NCBI GenBank assembly: GCA_030606625.1
Contig: JAUWGC010000003.1
Coordinates: forward strand, 1 to 43,173
Length of the DNA stretch: 43,173 nt
Origin: Bacteroidales bacterium
GTDB taxonomy: Bacteria > Bacteroidota > Bacteroidia > Bacteroidales > B18-G4
Reading direction: 5' to 3'
In this document: positions 9,166-20,143 of the stretch, piece by piece
Layout: each line of letters opens with the position of its first letter
Position numbering within the stretch: position 1 is the stretch's first letter
Notes under the pieces: model-generated
Database searches by the model: none
What the model was told of the DNA's origin: nothing
The model's input: the letters and a program-made list of their open reading frames with translations, nothing else
Position numbers and translations under genes: made by a program

Positions 9166-10656
9166 TTATCTTCTACCGGTGTATTCATATGCTCCGAGGT
9201 CCGGATCGATCATACGACTATTCTCATCAATATCTTTTTCAATGATAAGGGGATAGGGAGAAGTATTGATCACATCCATATTGCCTGCATCAATAGCAGG
9301 TGATAAACTGTCCAGATGGTAATCGTTCTTAATATAATTCACGAACCTTGGGTCCTGGTTTTTAAAACATCCGGGAAAAAATGCCGGGTCTGATATGTTA
9401 AGCTCAGTTCTGAGGAGGCAGTTCTCAAATTTATAATTGAAGGATGCCCCGTTATGTTTGTCCAGAATAATTTCTTCAGAAAGATTGCCATAATTGATGC
9501 AATTACCGAAATAAGCATCCAGATCAAAAGTGTATGTTGTATTGTTAATATCAACAAAATAATTGGTCAGGGCGAGATTCTGGGCCTGCCTGACCGAGTG
9601 GTTCCAGTAATTGGCAAAGGTGCACTGACGGAAGTCATAATTGCCTCCCCAGGTCAGGGCAATACCGTGACTGCCACAATTGGCAATAACATTATTGATA
9701 CCGGTTATTTCATACCAACGTGCCAGGATACCTATACCACTCATATTTTCGATGATGGTATTGGTCAGCAGCAGATGCCTTGCCAATGGGTCGTGAATGT
9801 TCAGCATCTCAGCCTGGATGCCAATGAAGCCATTACGAATGATAGCATAATTGATTTCATTATCTGTGCTTCCCTCGTTGATCCATATCCTGTCCCATTG
9901 ACCAGGTATATCCTGATAATAGTGCTCAAGCTTGTCACCCTGGAAAATAACCGGTTGGTCTTTCTCACCATTAACTTCCAATTTTCCGCCTCTGTATATC
10001 CACATCCCGGATCCGTTATGGAAGTGTATTTGCACACCAGGGTCAATCGTCAGGGAACCGCTGGAATCAACAACAGCATAGCCATAGACAAGATATGGCT
10101 TCAGGTTATCCCAGGTAGTATCGCTGTTTTCATGTGCGACGATCTTGTATGGAGGAAGTCCCGGCTTGTAAGTGTCAGCTATAATATAATAAGCATTTTG
10201 CCCCCAGGCAAAAAGGTCTACATCCTGAAAATTCCCGTTAGTTATGAAGATGATCGAATCTGTAACCACAAATGGTGAAGTGATATCATTAGGATCAATT
10301 GTAACGCGTATGAAAACATAGATGCTGTCGTCGGCAGCAATCGCAACATCATTTTCCTGGATGGATGGTGAACCGTCAATATTGATCCGGTAATTGGAAT
10401 TGTTACCTCCGGCAAGACGAATGGTTGAAATATTGATTTGTTTATTATGGGTATTATAAACCTTTAAATATTGTGTGACCGAACCAACGGTTGCAAAGAC
10501 AGTGTCGAATACAATGGAATCAGTTGAAAAACTAAGCTTTATAGCCGGATCATCATCAATATTGTCCTGTTTTCTGCAAGCACTGAAGGATATTATGAAT
10601 GCCGGTATCAGCATACAAATGACCTGAATGATAATTTTCTGAAAATGATTCATCAT
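9166..10656 (-). CDS. Lipoprotein with an Ig-like N-region and right-handed beta-helix repeats
   Basis: Lipobox FSA-C; LTIDPGV and GQWDRIW; C-terminal DYHLDSLSPAIDAG...DLGAYEY; start ATG 10656 or 10653. Confidence 0.65.
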   Translation of the reverse strand: MMNHFQKIIIQVICMLIPAFIISFSACRKQDNIDDDPAIKLSFSTDSIVFDTVFATVGSVTQYLKVYNTHNKQINISTIRLAGGNNSNYRINIDGSPSIQENDVAIAADDSIYVFIRVTIDPNDITSPFVVTDSIIFITNGNFQDVDLFAWGQNAYYIIADTYKPGLPPYKIVAHENSDTTWDNLKPYLVYGYAVVDSSGSLTIDPGVQIHFHNGSGMWIYRGGKLEVNGEKDQPVIFQGDKLEHYYQDIPGQWDRIWINEGSTDNEINYAIIRNGFIGIQAEMLNIHDPLARHLLLTNTIIENMSGIGILARWYEITGINNVIANCGSHGIALTWGGNYDFRQCTFANYWNHSVRQAQNLALTNYFVDINNTTYTFDLDAYFGNCINYGNLSEEIILDKHNGASFNYKFENCLLRTELNISDPAFFPGCFKNQDPRFVNYIKNDYHLDSLSPAIDAGNMDVINTSPYPLIIEKDIDENSRMIDPDLGAYEYTGRR

Positions 10657-10770
10657 AATTCTCTTCAACCAGCACAATAATTTATTTCAGTGGAAATATA
10701 ATCAATTCTTTTAACATACGTTTTTATAAAATAAATATTGTATGTTCACCAGTTAAACATTATTAAAAAA

Positions 10771-10778
10771 TATCTTTG
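10771..10778 (+). promoter_or_regulatory. -7 promoter element
   Basis: TATCTTTG 27 nt before ATG 10806. Confidence 0.6.
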
Positions 10779-10805
10779 TACACTTATCAACAAACATAGC
10801 AGTTT

Positions 10806-11384
10806 ATGAAACGAAATATTGTTATTGTCTGCATAATCTTTATTTCAGTTCTTATTCTTTCTTCTAACCGGTCATATGCCCAGTTCGGAAAAGAATTTCA
10901 GGATGAGGACAAAACCACTATGTCCAGCCGGTTCTTCCTTGGCGGAGGATTTAGCTTTTGGATATATCCTAATGATGGTTATATATATGTGTCTCCATTA
11001 TTGGGTTATCACTTATCTCCCAGTTTTGATATCGGGGTAAGGTTGATTTACAGCTATTATTGGTATGATGACAATTATTGGAAATTTCACGCCAATGATT
11101 ACGGAGCAGGTTTTTTTGTCAGGTATTATTTATTCTTTTTCAGGAACCTGTTTCTGCATGCCGAATATGAATTTCTCAGCCATGAACAACCTTTGCTTGA
11201 TTATCAAACTGGTGAAATTATTATGGAACGTGTTCCTTTGAATAATTTTTTTGTTGGAGTTGGTTACCGCCAGTGGTTTTCTCAAAAAGCATTTCTCAGC
11301 ATAGCAGTTTTGTTTAATCTCAACGAGACAGAATACTCACCTCAGAATCCGATTTTCAGAATAGGAATTGGCGTCGGGCTTTAA
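10806..11384 (+). CDS. Small outer-membrane beta-barrel protein (hypothetical)
   Basis: Signal peptide, alternating aromatic/Gly strands, ends FRIGIGVGL. Confidence 0.7.
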   Translation: MKRNIVIVCIIFISVLILSSNRSYAQFGKEFQDEDKTTMSSRFFLGGGFSFWIYPNDGYIYVSPLLGYHLSPSFDIGVRLIYSYYWYDDNYWKFHANDYGAGFFVRYYLFFFRNLFLHAEYEFLSHEQPLLDYQTGEIIMERVPLNNFFVGVGYRQWFSQKAFLSIAVLFNLNETEYSPQNPIFRIGIGVGL

Positions 11385-11385
11385 G

Positions 11386-11445
11386 GTGCCAGATGTCATA
11401 TGTCGTTGGTAAGTTGGCAGGAAGAGTCGACAGTCAACAGTAGGG
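11386..11445. repeat. Degenerate heptamer repeats between convergent genes
   Basis: GTGCCAG ATGTCAT ATGTCGT; AGTCGAC AGTCAAC AGT, the reverse complement of the array at 37431. Confidence 0.55.
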
Positions 11446-11460
11446 AATCAGCAAGATCAT

Positions 11461-12921
11461 TTACTCCTCAGGAATATTTTTCAGAATTTCCAGGGTTAAA
11501 TCCCAGAATTTCTGAACAGTATCTATATTAAGCCTTTCATCCGGGGAATGTACTCCCCTAAGGGTCGGGCCATAAGAGATCATGTCCATTTCCGGGTACT
11601 TGTCTCCGATCAATCCGCATTCAAGTCCCGCATGAACAGCAAGTACTTTGGGAGCTTGATTGAACAATTGTTGATAAAGCTTTGCTGTCAGTGCGACGAT
11701 CTCTGAATTGGGATCGGGTGTCCATCCGGGGTAACCATCTGAATGAGTGACTTTTGCTCCAGCCAGTTTAAATACACTTGTAACCATATTACAAACATCT
11801 TTCTTTGCTGGTTCCACAGAGCTGCGCTGACTTGTGGTGATCCTGATAAAATCGTTTTCCGTTTTGACAGATGCAAGGTTTGTTGACGTTTCCACAAAAT
11901 CAGGAATATCAGCTGACATTGCAATGACACCATGAGGGCAGGCGTAAATAGCATTTATCAATTTATATTGGGAATCCGGATCCATTACATATGAAGGTTT
12001 CTTGGCCGGTTCAACAGTAATGACCACATCCGGTTCTGTTATCCTGAGCTCTGCCTTTATCACCTTCTCAAATGCTTTTATATTATTAATGAATTTTTCT
12101 TTATTATTTTCCGGAACCATGACAATAGCATATGCCTCCCTGGCAATTGCATTTCTCAGGTTTCCTCCGTCAAACACAGAAAGACGAATATTATATTTTT
12201 CGGTGCCTGACAATAATATTCTGTTGAGTATCTTGTTTGCATTTCCCAGTCCCTTGTTGATATCATCACCTGAATGTCCGCCTTTCAGGCCGGCTACCCT
12301 GATGGTGAGTGCTTCACAGTCTTCGGGAATATTTTCTTTTTTGAAAGGAAGATTGGCAAGAGTATCAATACCTCCGGCACAGCCGATGAATAGTTCTCCT
12401 TCATCTTCCGAATCGAGATTGAGTAAGATATTTCCTTTCAGAAAACCAGGTTTGAGGCCGAAAGCACCGGTTAATCCTGTTTCTTCATCAATTGTGAAAA
12501 AACATTCGACTGGTCCGTGTTCGATATCTGTTGCTTCAAGGATGGCCAGTTGTGTAGCAATGCCAATTCCATCATCGGCGCCAAGGGTGGTTCCTCTTGC
12601 CTTTACCCAGCCGTCTTCAATATATGTTTCAATAGGATCTTTTTCAAAATTATGATCCGTATCCTGGTTTTTTTCACAGACCATATCAAGGTGGCTTTGC
12701 AAGATAACTGGCTTAAGTTTTTCTTTTCCCCTGGTTGCCGGTTTGCGGATCAGGATGTTACCGATCTCATCCTGAATAGTTTCAAGATTGTGGTCATGAC
12801 CAAATTGAATGATATATTTAGCGATCTTCTCCTCTTTTTTCGATGGGCGGGGAATCTTTAAGATTTCTCCAAAATAATACCAAACTATTTCAGGTTGCAA
12901 CTTGTATATTTCTTCGTTCAT
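11461..12921 (-). CDS. pepD: Aminoacyl-histidine dipeptidase (peptidase D, M20C)
   Basis: LQSHLDMVCEK, TTLGADDGIG, DEETGLTGA, NLDSEDEG, HAGLECG, HSPDE; minus-strand TATTTTTG at 12949-12956 supports the 12921 start. Confidence 0.93.
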   Translation of the reverse strand: MNEEIYKLQPEIVWYYFGEILKIPRPSKKEEKIAKYIIQFGHDHNLETIQDEIGNILIRKPATRGKEKLKPVILQSHLDMVCEKNQDTDHNFEKDPIETYIEDGWVKARGTTLGADDGIGIATQLAILEATDIEHGPVECFFTIDEETGLTGAFGLKPGFLKGNILLNLDSEDEGELFIGCAGGIDTLANLPFKKENIPEDCEALTIRVAGLKGGHSGDDINKGLGNANKILNRILLSGTEKYNIRLSVFDGGNLRNAIAREAYAIVMVPENNKEKFINNIKAFEKVIKAELRITEPDVVITVEPAKKPSYVMDPDSQYKLINAIYACPHGVIAMSADIPDFVETSTNLASVKTENDFIRITTSQRSSVEPAKKDVCNMVTSVFKLAGAKVTHSDGYPGWTPDPNSEIVALTAKLYQQLFNQAPKVLAVHAGLECGLIGDKYPEMDMISYGPTLRGVHSPDERLNIDTVQKFWDLTLEILKNIPEE

Positions 12922-13093
12922 CGTTATGATTCTATTTTTTATGAGGAACAAAAATAAGATTAATTGCTTAATCCGCATAATTTCAAGAAGGAACGGGATT
13001 TCATTTAGTTAAACATGCAGTTGTTTAAAGTTTATAGTTAAAAAGATAGTAAAATAGCAAGAATTTAAGATATTTGCTGCAAAATCACGATAG

Positions 13094-14185
13094 ATGAATT
13101 GTTCTGAAAAATCTCTTTTTACCTTTTGTGAACAGGTTTTTACAAAGATGGGCTTTAGCCATGAAGATGCATGGCAGGCATCTGATATTCTGATCAGGGC
13201 TGAGTTGAGGGGAATTCACACTCATGGACTGGTTCGTTTGCCGGAGTATGTTAAACTATGGAAAAAAGGAATGATCAACACTAAGCCGGAAATCAGGATC
13301 ATCAATGAAACACCAAGTACCATGTTAATAGATGCTGATGGCAGTTTGGGATTAGTGGTCGCCCCAAAAGCTATGCAGAAGGCAATTGATAAAGCCGCAG
13401 AGGTTGGTACCGGCTGGGTGGCCGTCAGGAATTCGAAACATTTTGGTATTGCAGGTTATTATGCCATGATGGCCCTTGAACGGGAAATGATCGGTATCAC
13501 CATGACCAATTCACAACCTCTTGTAGCTCCTACATTTTCTTTAAGGTTATTGATAGGCACAAACCCTATTGCTGTGGCAATACCGGCAGCTACTGAGCCT
13601 CCGTTTGTAGCTGATTTTGCTACTTCTTCCATTGCCAGGGGTAAACTTGATGACATGAGTGAGAAAGGAAAAGATGTACCGGAGGGATTGGTCCAGGATA
13701 AATATGGCGCACCTTCAACCCGGCCCGATATTTTAACTGATGGCGGAGCTATTCTTCCATTGGGAGGGGACAGGGAACATAGTAGTCATAAAGGGTATTG
13801 TATTTCTGCTATCGTTGATATTATGAGTGCAGTCCTTTCAGGTGCCAATTTTGGCCCGGCAGTTGTTCCTTCCCTTGAGTATATAAAGGGTACCGGAAAG
13901 GACAAGGATAAAGGAATGGGGCATTTTTTTGGTGCCATGCGGATAGATGCTTTTCAGACAGCGGAAGAATTTAAGTCACAAATGGATCAATGGATCAGAA
14001 CTTTCAGAAATGCTGAGCCAGTGATAGGGCAGGAGAGGGTAATCATCCCGGGAGATCCTGAGAGAGAGGCGGAATTGAAATATTTAAAAACAGGTATCCC
14101 AATTCCTGATAAACAACTTAGTATATATAAGAGATTAGGTGAAGAAATGGGAGGGATTACATTTAATTGCAAGCCAGTTCATTAA
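13094..14185 (+). CDS. Malate/L-lactate dehydrogenase type 2 (Ldh_2) family oxidoreductase
   Basis: GIHTHGLVRL, RNSKHFG, GTNPIA, DFATS, LPLGG...HKGY, PGDPE. Confidence 0.88.
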   Translation: MNCSEKSLFTFCEQVFTKMGFSHEDAWQASDILIRAELRGIHTHGLVRLPEYVKLWKKGMINTKPEIRIINETPSTMLIDADGSLGLVVAPKAMQKAIDKAAEVGTGWVAVRNSKHFGIAGYYAMMALEREMIGITMTNSQPLVAPTFSLRLLIGTNPIAVAIPAATEPPFVADFATSSIARGKLDDMSEKGKDVPEGLVQDKYGAPSTRPDILTDGGAILPLGGDREHSSHKGYCISAIVDIMSAVLSGANFGPAVVPSLEYIKGTGKDKDKGMGHFFGAMRIDAFQTAEEFKSQMDQWIRTFRNAEPVIGQERVIIPGDPEREAELKYLKTGIPIPDKQLSIYKRLGEEMGGITFNCKPVH

Positions 14186-14836
14186 TTAGATGTTTTTAAG
14201 TCTTTTAATCGTTTCGGCAGGATTTTCAGAGGAAAAAACGGTATTTCCTACTACCAGAACATCTGCTCCGCAATCGATCAATTTGGGGGCATTTTCCAAT
14301 GTTATCCCTCCGTCGATTTCGATGAGGGTTGATGTTTGATTATCGAGGATCATTTCCTTAAGTTTCCTGGTCTTATTATAGATTTGTTCAATGAATGTTT
14401 GTCCTCCGAAACCCGGATTGACCGACATCAATAAAACCATGTCAATATCCCGGATGACATCTTCGAATAGCTGAACACTGGTATGCGGGTTGAGTGCTAC
14501 ACCAGCCTTAAGTCCGAGTGATTTTATTGCATTAACTGTCCTGTGAAGGTGCTTACAGGCTTCATAATGTACACTGATGATATCAGCTCCTTCATCTTTG
14601 CAATTTTCCAGATACCTGTCAGGCTTAATGATCATCAAATGAACATCCAATGGTTTTTTTGCATACTTTTTAATGTGTCTGATCACGGGAAACCCAAAGG
14701 AGATGTTTGGAACGAACACTCCATCCATCACATCGATATGAAACCAGTCGGCCTGACTGGCATTCACCATTTCAATATCTTTTTTGAGTTGTGAAAAGTC
14801 TGCTGATAATAATGAAGGAGCAATCAGGTGAGGCAT
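14186..14836 (-). CDS. rpe: Ribulose-phosphate 3-epimerase
   Basis: IAPSLLSADF, HIDVMDGVFVPN, DVHLM, MSVNPGFGGQ, EIDGG. Confidence 0.96.
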   Translation of the reverse strand: MPHLIAPSLLSADFSQLKKDIEMVNASQADWFHIDVMDGVFVPNISFGFPVIRHIKKYAKKPLDVHLMIIKPDRYLENCKDEGADIISVHYEACKHLHRTVNAIKSLGLKAGVALNPHTSVQLFEDVIRDIDMVLLMSVNPGFGGQTFIEQIYNKTRKLKEMILDNQTSTLIEIDGGITLENAPKLIDCGADVLVVGNTVFSSENPAETIKRLKNI

Positions 14837-14856
14837 TATATTTACTTTTTGATGGT

Positions 14857-14864
14857 CAAAAGTA
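14857..14864 (-). promoter_or_regulatory. -7 promoter element for rpe
   Basis: TACTTTTG on the minus strand 20 nt upstream of the rpe start. Confidence 0.6.
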
Positions 14865-14892
14865 AAAAAAAAGCGGAAATAAATCCGCTTTT
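14864..14892 (-). terminator. Rho-independent terminator after rpoD
   Basis: AAAAGCGGA-AATAAA-TCCGCTTTT hairpin followed by a U-tract on the minus strand. Confidence 0.7.
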
Positions 14893-15754
14893 AACCCAGA
14901 TATGTTTTTAATATTTTACTTCTTGAAGTATGTTTAAGCCTTCTGATAGCTTTTTCCTTTATCTGGCGGACGCGTTCCCTTGTAAGGTCGAATCTTTCGC
15001 CTATCTCTTCAAGGGTCATTGGATGCTTACTGTTCAAGCCAAAATAAAGCCTGATCACATCCGCTTCCCGCGGAGTTAATGTGGATATTGCCCTGTCAAT
15101 TTCCTTACGGAGTGAGTCATAAAGCAATTCTGTTTCCGGTGTAATATTCTCATCACTTTTCAGGATGTCATACATATTATTTTCATCATCCTGTATTAGT
15201 GGAGCATCCATTGAAATATGCCTTCCGGAATTTCTGATGGATTCCTTGACCTCGGATTCCGGAATTTCCAACAAATTAGCGATTTCATCTGCATTCGGTT
15301 CACGTTCATGTTCCTGTTCAAGCTTGGCGTATGCTTTATTGATCTTATTGATGGAACCGATTTTATTTAATGGTAAACGTACAATACGTGATTGTTCAGC
15401 TAATGCCTGAAGTATAGACTGACGTATCCACCATACGGCATAAGAAATGAATTTAAACCCGCGGGTTTCATCAAACCTTTGCGCGGCTTTGATCAAACCC
15501 AGGTTGCCTTCATTGATAAGGTCGGGAAGACTGAGGCCTTGATTTTGATATTGCTTGGAAACGGAGACTACAAAGCGAAGATTTGCCTTTGTAAGTTTTT
15601 CAAGAGCTTCTTTATCTCCCGATTTGATTTTTTGTGCAAGTATAACTTCTTCATCAGCAGTTAGCAATTCAACTTTACCTATTTCATGTAAGTACTTGTC
15701 AAGTGAAGCAGTATCCCTGTTTGTAACTTGCTTGGTTATCTTTAGTTGCCTCAT
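14891..15754 (-). CDS. rpoD: Primary sigma factor, short Bacteroidota type
   Basis: [64 protein letters not shown]; no region 1.1. Confidence 0.93.
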   Translation of the reverse strand: MRQLKITKQVTNRDTASLDKYLHEIGKVELLTADEEVILAQKIKSGDKEALEKLTKANLRFVVSVSKQYQNQGLSLPDLINEGNLGLIKAAQRFDETRGFKFISYAVWWIRQSILQALAEQSRIVRLPLNKIGSINKINKAYAKLEQEHEREPNADEIANLLEIPESEVKESIRNSGRHISMDAPLIQDDENNMYDILKSDENITPETELLYDSLRKEIDRAISTLTPREADVIRLYFGLNSKHPMTLEEIGERFDLTRERVRQIKEKAIRRLKHTSRSKILKTYLG

Positions 15755-15919
15755 ATGCAATGCCTTGGTTAATATTTGGATTTATAAACGGATCGTAATT
15801 GACACCTGTAATAACAGGTTTAACCATTTTTTTAAGTACTTGATAATCTATGCTTACCAAGAAATTTTTAAAATCTTTTCTAATAAAAAATTTTACGATA
15901 GTCTTAAAAAATTGTTACA

Positions 15920-18061
15920 CTATTCATTATCTTTATGAGGTTTTGGTAATAATACTTTACGTGACAATTTCAATTTCCCAGTTTTATTATCAAGGCCGAT
16001 AAGTTTAACCATTATTTCATCTCCTTCTTTCAGAACACTTTCAACATTTTTCAATCTCATCCAATCAATTTCAGAAATATGAAGTAATCCATCCTTGCCG
16101 GGCAGAATTTCAACAAAAGCACCAAAAGGCATAATGGTCTTTACGGTTCCCTGGTATACTTGTCCCACTTCCGGAACGGTGATGATGACTTTGATCCTTT
16201 CCTTGGCGGCATCAATGGACTGTTTATCACTTGAAACAATATCCACAATACCATATTCGCCTTCTTCTTCAATGACAATAGTGGTATTTGTTTCCTGTTG
16301 AATATCCTGGATTACCTTTCCTCCAGGGCCAATGATGGCTCCAATGAATTCCTTGCTAATAATCATTTTTTCTATTCTCGGAACATGCGGTTTATAGTCC
16401 GGCCTTGGCTCAGAAATTGTTTTTTCCATGATGTCGAGGATGTGAATACGGCCTTTTCTTGCTTGTTCGAGAGCTTCCTCCATTATTTCGAATGACAAGC
16501 CTTCACACTTGATATCCATCTGGCATGCAGTAATACCATCCCGTGTACCGGTCACTTTAAAATCCATGTCTCCAAGATGGTCTTCATCGCCAAGGATATC
16601 AGAAAGGATAGAATATTTTTCTGATTCATTATCAGTGATCAGTCCCATAGCTATTCCTGAAACAGGTTTGAATATCTTAACTCCGGCATCCATCAGGGCA
16701 AGGGTTCCGCCACATACGGTTGCCATTGATGATGAACCATTTGATTCGAGGATATCAGAAACCAGCCGTATAGTATATGGATTGTCTTCACCATCCGGGA
16801 TCATATGTTTCAGTGAACGCATGGCAAGGTTACCGTGCCCGATCTCTCTTCTGCTGGTTCCCCTGATAGGCTTTACTTCACCCGTTGAGAACCCGGGAAA
16901 GTTATAATGAAGTATGAAATCACTTTTACCTTCGATCACAGCTCCATCTATCACCTGTTCATCGAGCTTTGTACCCAGGGTAACTGATACCAGAGATTGT
17001 GTTTCACCCCTGGTAAAAATAGCAGAGCCGTGAGCGGCAGGAAGATAATCCACCTCGCACCAGATGGGACGGATCTCATCAAACTTGCGACCATCAAGAC
17101 GTATCTTTTCATTTAGGATTATGTTTCTTATAATGTCTTTTTTCAGTTCGTAAAAGTAACGATTCACCAGAGGTTCTTTTTCCTGTCTTTCTTCTTCAGG
17201 CAGGGATTCCAGAAACTCAACCATGATTTCCCTGAATTTTTCGTTTCTTTCATTCTTGTCATTGGTTGTCGATTTAGCCACAGAATAAATTTTGTCCTTT
17301 GTAGCCTTAGTCAGCTTTTCCTTAAGCTCTTCATCATTTACTTCACGATCATATTCCCGCTTGACTTTTGATTTCTTTACCGCATCAGCGAGTTCCATCT
17401 GAGCCTTGCATTGAATTTTTATGGCTTCATGTGCAACTTTCACTGCTTCAAGCATTTCTTCTTCAGATACTTCTTTCATTTCCCCTTCAACCATAACAAT
17501 GTTATCCATCGTTGCTGCAACGATCAAATCCAGGTCAGCCTGGTTCTGTTCCTGTATGGTTGGGTTAATAATATAGTTACCATTGATCTTGGCAACCCTG
17601 GCTTCTGAGACGGGGCCGTTGAAGGGAATATCAGAAACTGCAAGTGCCGAGGATGCTGCCAGGGCAGCTAATGCATCAGGAGCAACATCTTTGTCCCCTG
17701 ATATTAATGTAATGATGACTTGAGTATCCGCATGATAATCATCCGGAAATAATGGTCTCAAAGCACGGTCGACCAATCTTGCAATTAGAATCTCATATTC
17801 GGAAGGGCGGGCTTCTCTTTTAAAAAAACCTCCCGGGAACTTACCGGTGGCTGCATATTTTTCCTTGTATTCTACCGTTAAAGGCAAAAAATCAATATTT
17901 TCAGAAGCTTCATGTTTTGCCACGACCGTAGCCAGAAGCATGGTGTTGCCCATTTTAATAACTGCCGAACCGTCTGCCTGTTTGGCAAGCCTTCCGGTTT
18001 CAATGGAAATTGTCTTCCCGTCGCCCAAGTCAATCGATTTTACAATATTTTCGTTAATCAT
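15920..18061 (-). CDS. pnp: Polyribonucleotide nucleotidyltransferase
   Basis: [29 protein letters not shown] (IIGPGGK) and S1 domains; downstream of rpsO. Confidence 0.97.
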   Translation of the reverse strand: MINENIVKSIDLGDGKTISIETGRLAKQADGSAVIKMGNTMLLATVVAKHEASENIDFLPLTVEYKEKYAATGKFPGGFFKREARPSEYEILIARLVDRALRPLFPDDYHADTQVIITLISGDKDVAPDALAALAASSALAVSDIPFNGPVSEARVAKINGNYIINPTIQEQNQADLDLIVAATMDNIVMVEGEMKEVSEEEMLEAVKVAHEAIKIQCKAQMELADAVKKSKVKREYDREVNDEELKEKLTKATKDKIYSVAKSTTNDKNERNEKFREIMVEFLESLPEEERQEKEPLVNRYFYELKKDIIRNIILNEKIRLDGRKFDEIRPIWCEVDYLPAAHGSAIFTRGETQSLVSVTLGTKLDEQVIDGAVIEGKSDFILHYNFPGFSTGEVKPIRGTSRREIGHGNLAMRSLKHMIPDGEDNPYTIRLVSDILESNGSSSMATVCGGTLALMDAGVKIFKPVSGIAMGLITDNESEKYSILSDILGDEDHLGDMDFKVTGTRDGITACQMDIKCEGLSFEIMEEALEQARKGRIHILDIMEKTISEPRPDYKPHVPRIEKMIISKEFIGAIIGPGGKVIQDIQQETNTTIVIEEEGEYGIVDIVSSDKQSIDAAKERIKVIITVPEVGQVYQGTVKTIMPFGAFVEILPGKDGLLHISEIDWMRLKNVESVLKEGDEIMVKLIGLDNKTGKLKLSRKVLLPKPHKDNE

Positions 18062-18115
18062 GATGTGTTTATGTTGAATTGTGTCTGTTTAGTTTATGAG
18101 AGTTCTTTCAAGATG

Positions 18116-18166
18116 TGGTTATAAGTTGTAAGTTGTAGGTTGTAGGTTGAAGGTTGTAGGTTGTGG
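18116..18166. repeat. Heptamer tandem repeat (GGTTGTA-like), about 7 units
   Basis: GGTTATA AGTTGTA AGTTGTA GGTTGTA GGTTGAA GGTTGTA GGTTGTG. Confidence 0.85.
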
Positions 18167-18322
18167 ATTATGCTCATGGCATATTTTTTATTTTGCATCT
18201 TTAATATAACATCCAAATTTCCATTCAATACACGGATTAGATTATGTTGAATTATAATTTTAAAAAAGTATAAAAAAGGCAAACGTAAATTGTCTCTTCC
18301 CGGATGTATATAAAAAGTGTCT

Positions 18323-18592
18323 TTATTTCCTGATACTCAATTTCTTGATAATAGAACGGTACCGTTCTATATCTTTCTTTTTGAGATAATCAAGCAGTTT
18401 TCTGCGTTTACCGACCATCAGAACGAGTGAGCGGCGGGTTACCAGGTCTTTCTTGTTGATCTTTAAATGTTCAGTGAGATGTTTGATCCTGTATGTGAAG
18501 AGTGCGATCTGACCTTCTGCCGATCCTGTGTCAAACTCTGATTTCCCGTAGTTCTTAAAAAATTCTTTTTTCTTTTCCAATGGTAAATACAT
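18323..18592 (-). CDS. rpsO: 30S ribosomal protein S15
   Basis: DTGSAEGQIA, HLTEHL, MVGKRRKLLDYL; 89 aa. Confidence 0.97.
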   Translation of the reverse strand: MYLPLEKKKEFFKNYGKSEFDTGSAEGQIALFTYRIKHLTEHLKINKKDLVTRRSLVLMVGKRRKLLDYLKKKDIERYRSIIKKLSIRK

Positions 18593-18624
18593 AATCTTAT
18601 CTTTCTGATTTTAATTTTGGCCTG

Positions 18625-18632
18625 CAAAAGTA
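18625..18632 (-). promoter_or_regulatory. -7 promoter element for rpsO
   Basis: TACTTTTG(CA) on the minus strand. Confidence 0.7.
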
Positions 18633-18885
18633 TGATTTTCTTTTGAAATAAACAACTGTAAATTTTGATTTTTCATTTATGATAATTCTAATTTCGAAAT
18701 GATTTTTAATTTACCACCATGAAACCATCAATGTTCAGCAAGCACTAAGGATAGAGAACTGCTTATATGTAAATGGCACAACCGGCGGAATTATTAGATG
18801 ATTGCCCTTTTGTGCCTTCCCTTTATGAATATGACAAAGGTATCGGTATTTGGAAATATCATGCAAGGAAAAGGTTTGTAGTGTA

Positions 18886-18955
18886 TTAACCTTACCCCCT
18901 CGGTCCCAAATTGGAGAGGGGGAAGCTGAGCGTAGCGAAGCAGGGGTGAGGTTAA
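18886..18955. repeat. GC-rich nested inverted repeat (REP-like)
   Basis: TTAACCTTACCCC...GGGGTGAGGTTAA (12/13 complementary) enclosing CCCCCTC...GAGGGGG and GCT..GC GTA GC..AGC stems. Confidence 0.6.
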
Positions 18956-18963
18956 ATCATATA

Positions 18964-20130
18964 TCAAAAAGTCCACTTTAGACGGATGAAAAGTATTCTT
19001 CCGTAATCGCCGAATTCTGTTTTGGGATCACCGAAAAATAACTGGCCCATGATCAGGAAGGAAATATTTTGAGTGAGTGAAAAATCAATGGAAGGGCCAA
19101 TGTAGAATGATTTATCATTAGGATTGAAAATACCCGCAAGATCAGCTTTGATCAGCGGAGTGACAGGGTAGGAGACCTGGCCAAAAAGGGAGTACCTGGC
19201 CCTTGTGAAATTTTTTGCCGTAATGTCTCTGCTTAGTACAAGAATATTACCCATACTTGCCGGGCCTGTAGTTCCGGCTGAATTGAACAATCCTGCGAAA
19301 TGGATGTACAGGCTATTGCCGAATGTATAATTGATGCCTGCTGACGCAACCACTTCCCCGGTGGAATCACTGAAATTTTCTGCAGCGTGGAAATAGCTCA
19401 GTTCACCATTGAACCCCGCACCTTCTATCTGGCCTGACCATCCCATGCCTAATACAACGTCTTTATTCATGACGCCTCCGAGAAACTGGAAATCGTATTG
19501 CCATTTGTTAAACCTGTATATGCCGGCAAAGGTGATCTCTTCATTTTTTTCGAGCTTAAATGCCGATTCTGCCGATGATGTCATCCCGGTGTAATACTGA
19601 AGTTTGATGGCATCGCATCCGGGCCTTTCAATATAATCGAAATCGAAATAATTAAAAGTATTGAAGATATCATTGGGTGTCCAGACCTGGTTGATACCCC
19701 AGTTGATGCGCTGGCGGCCAAACCTGGCTTCAAAATCCCCCTGGGTAAAAACTATATTAGCCCTGTCGAAAGTAGAATAAATAAAAAATGAAGTGTCATT
19801 GGCAAGGCTGAATGTCATGTCTAAAAAGCCCTGGTCGGTAACCACAACATCATGATAACCGGGATAGTTCAACTGCACAATTTGGCCATAATTCATGATA
19901 TTTCGCATGCCGATATGTGTACGAAAGGTTTTTGATGGATACCATTTGAAATCCAGCCTGTTGTTGATCGAATTCATAGTCATCCAACTCCTGTTGAAAT
20001 CCTGTATCCATAACAACTGCATATCCTGCAGATGCCCGTTTAGAGAAAATTTTTCTGGTGTGTCCGTTTTCCGGGCGAATGTTATGGTTGCAAAAACCAG
20101 CAGTATTGTTAATAAAATGAGCTTTTTCAT
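18964..20130 (-). CDS. Outer-membrane beta-barrel protein associated with the ABC operon
   Basis: Signal peptide, GRQRINWG...WTPNDIFN, ERPGCDA, C-terminal LKWTF. Confidence 0.7.
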   Translation of the reverse strand: MKKLILLTILLVFATITFARKTDTPEKFSLNGHLQDMQLLWIQDFNRSWMTMNSINNRLDFKWYPSKTFRTHIGMRNIMNYGQIVQLNYPGYHDVVVTDQGFLDMTFSLANDTSFFIYSTFDRANIVFTQGDFEARFGRQRINWGINQVWTPNDIFNTFNYFDFDYIERPGCDAIKLQYYTGMTSSAESAFKLEKNEEITFAGIYRFNKWQYDFQFLGGVMNKDVVLGMGWSGQIEGAGFNGELSYFHAAENFSDSTGEVVASAGINYTFGNSLYIHFAGLFNSAGTTGPASMGNILVLSRDITAKNFTRARYSLFGQVSYPVTPLIKADLAGIFNPNDKSFYIGPSIDFSLTQNISFLIMGQLFFGDPKTEFGDYGRILFIRLKWTF

Positions 20131-20143
20131 TTATTATTCTGAT

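Noticed and set aside
9454-10278. 274-aa antisense ORF, and similar ones such as 12002-12655, 7976-8542 and 20973-21524
   Set aside because: Fully nested opposite well-supported genes and without recognisable motifs; treated as shadow ORFs.
18094-18282. 62-aa ORF containing HNLQPSTYNLQLTTYN
   Set aside because: It is a translation of the heptamer array, with no coding evidence.
18272-18298. Terminator after rpsO
   Set aside because: AT-rich stem with a mismatch; plausible but too weak to call.
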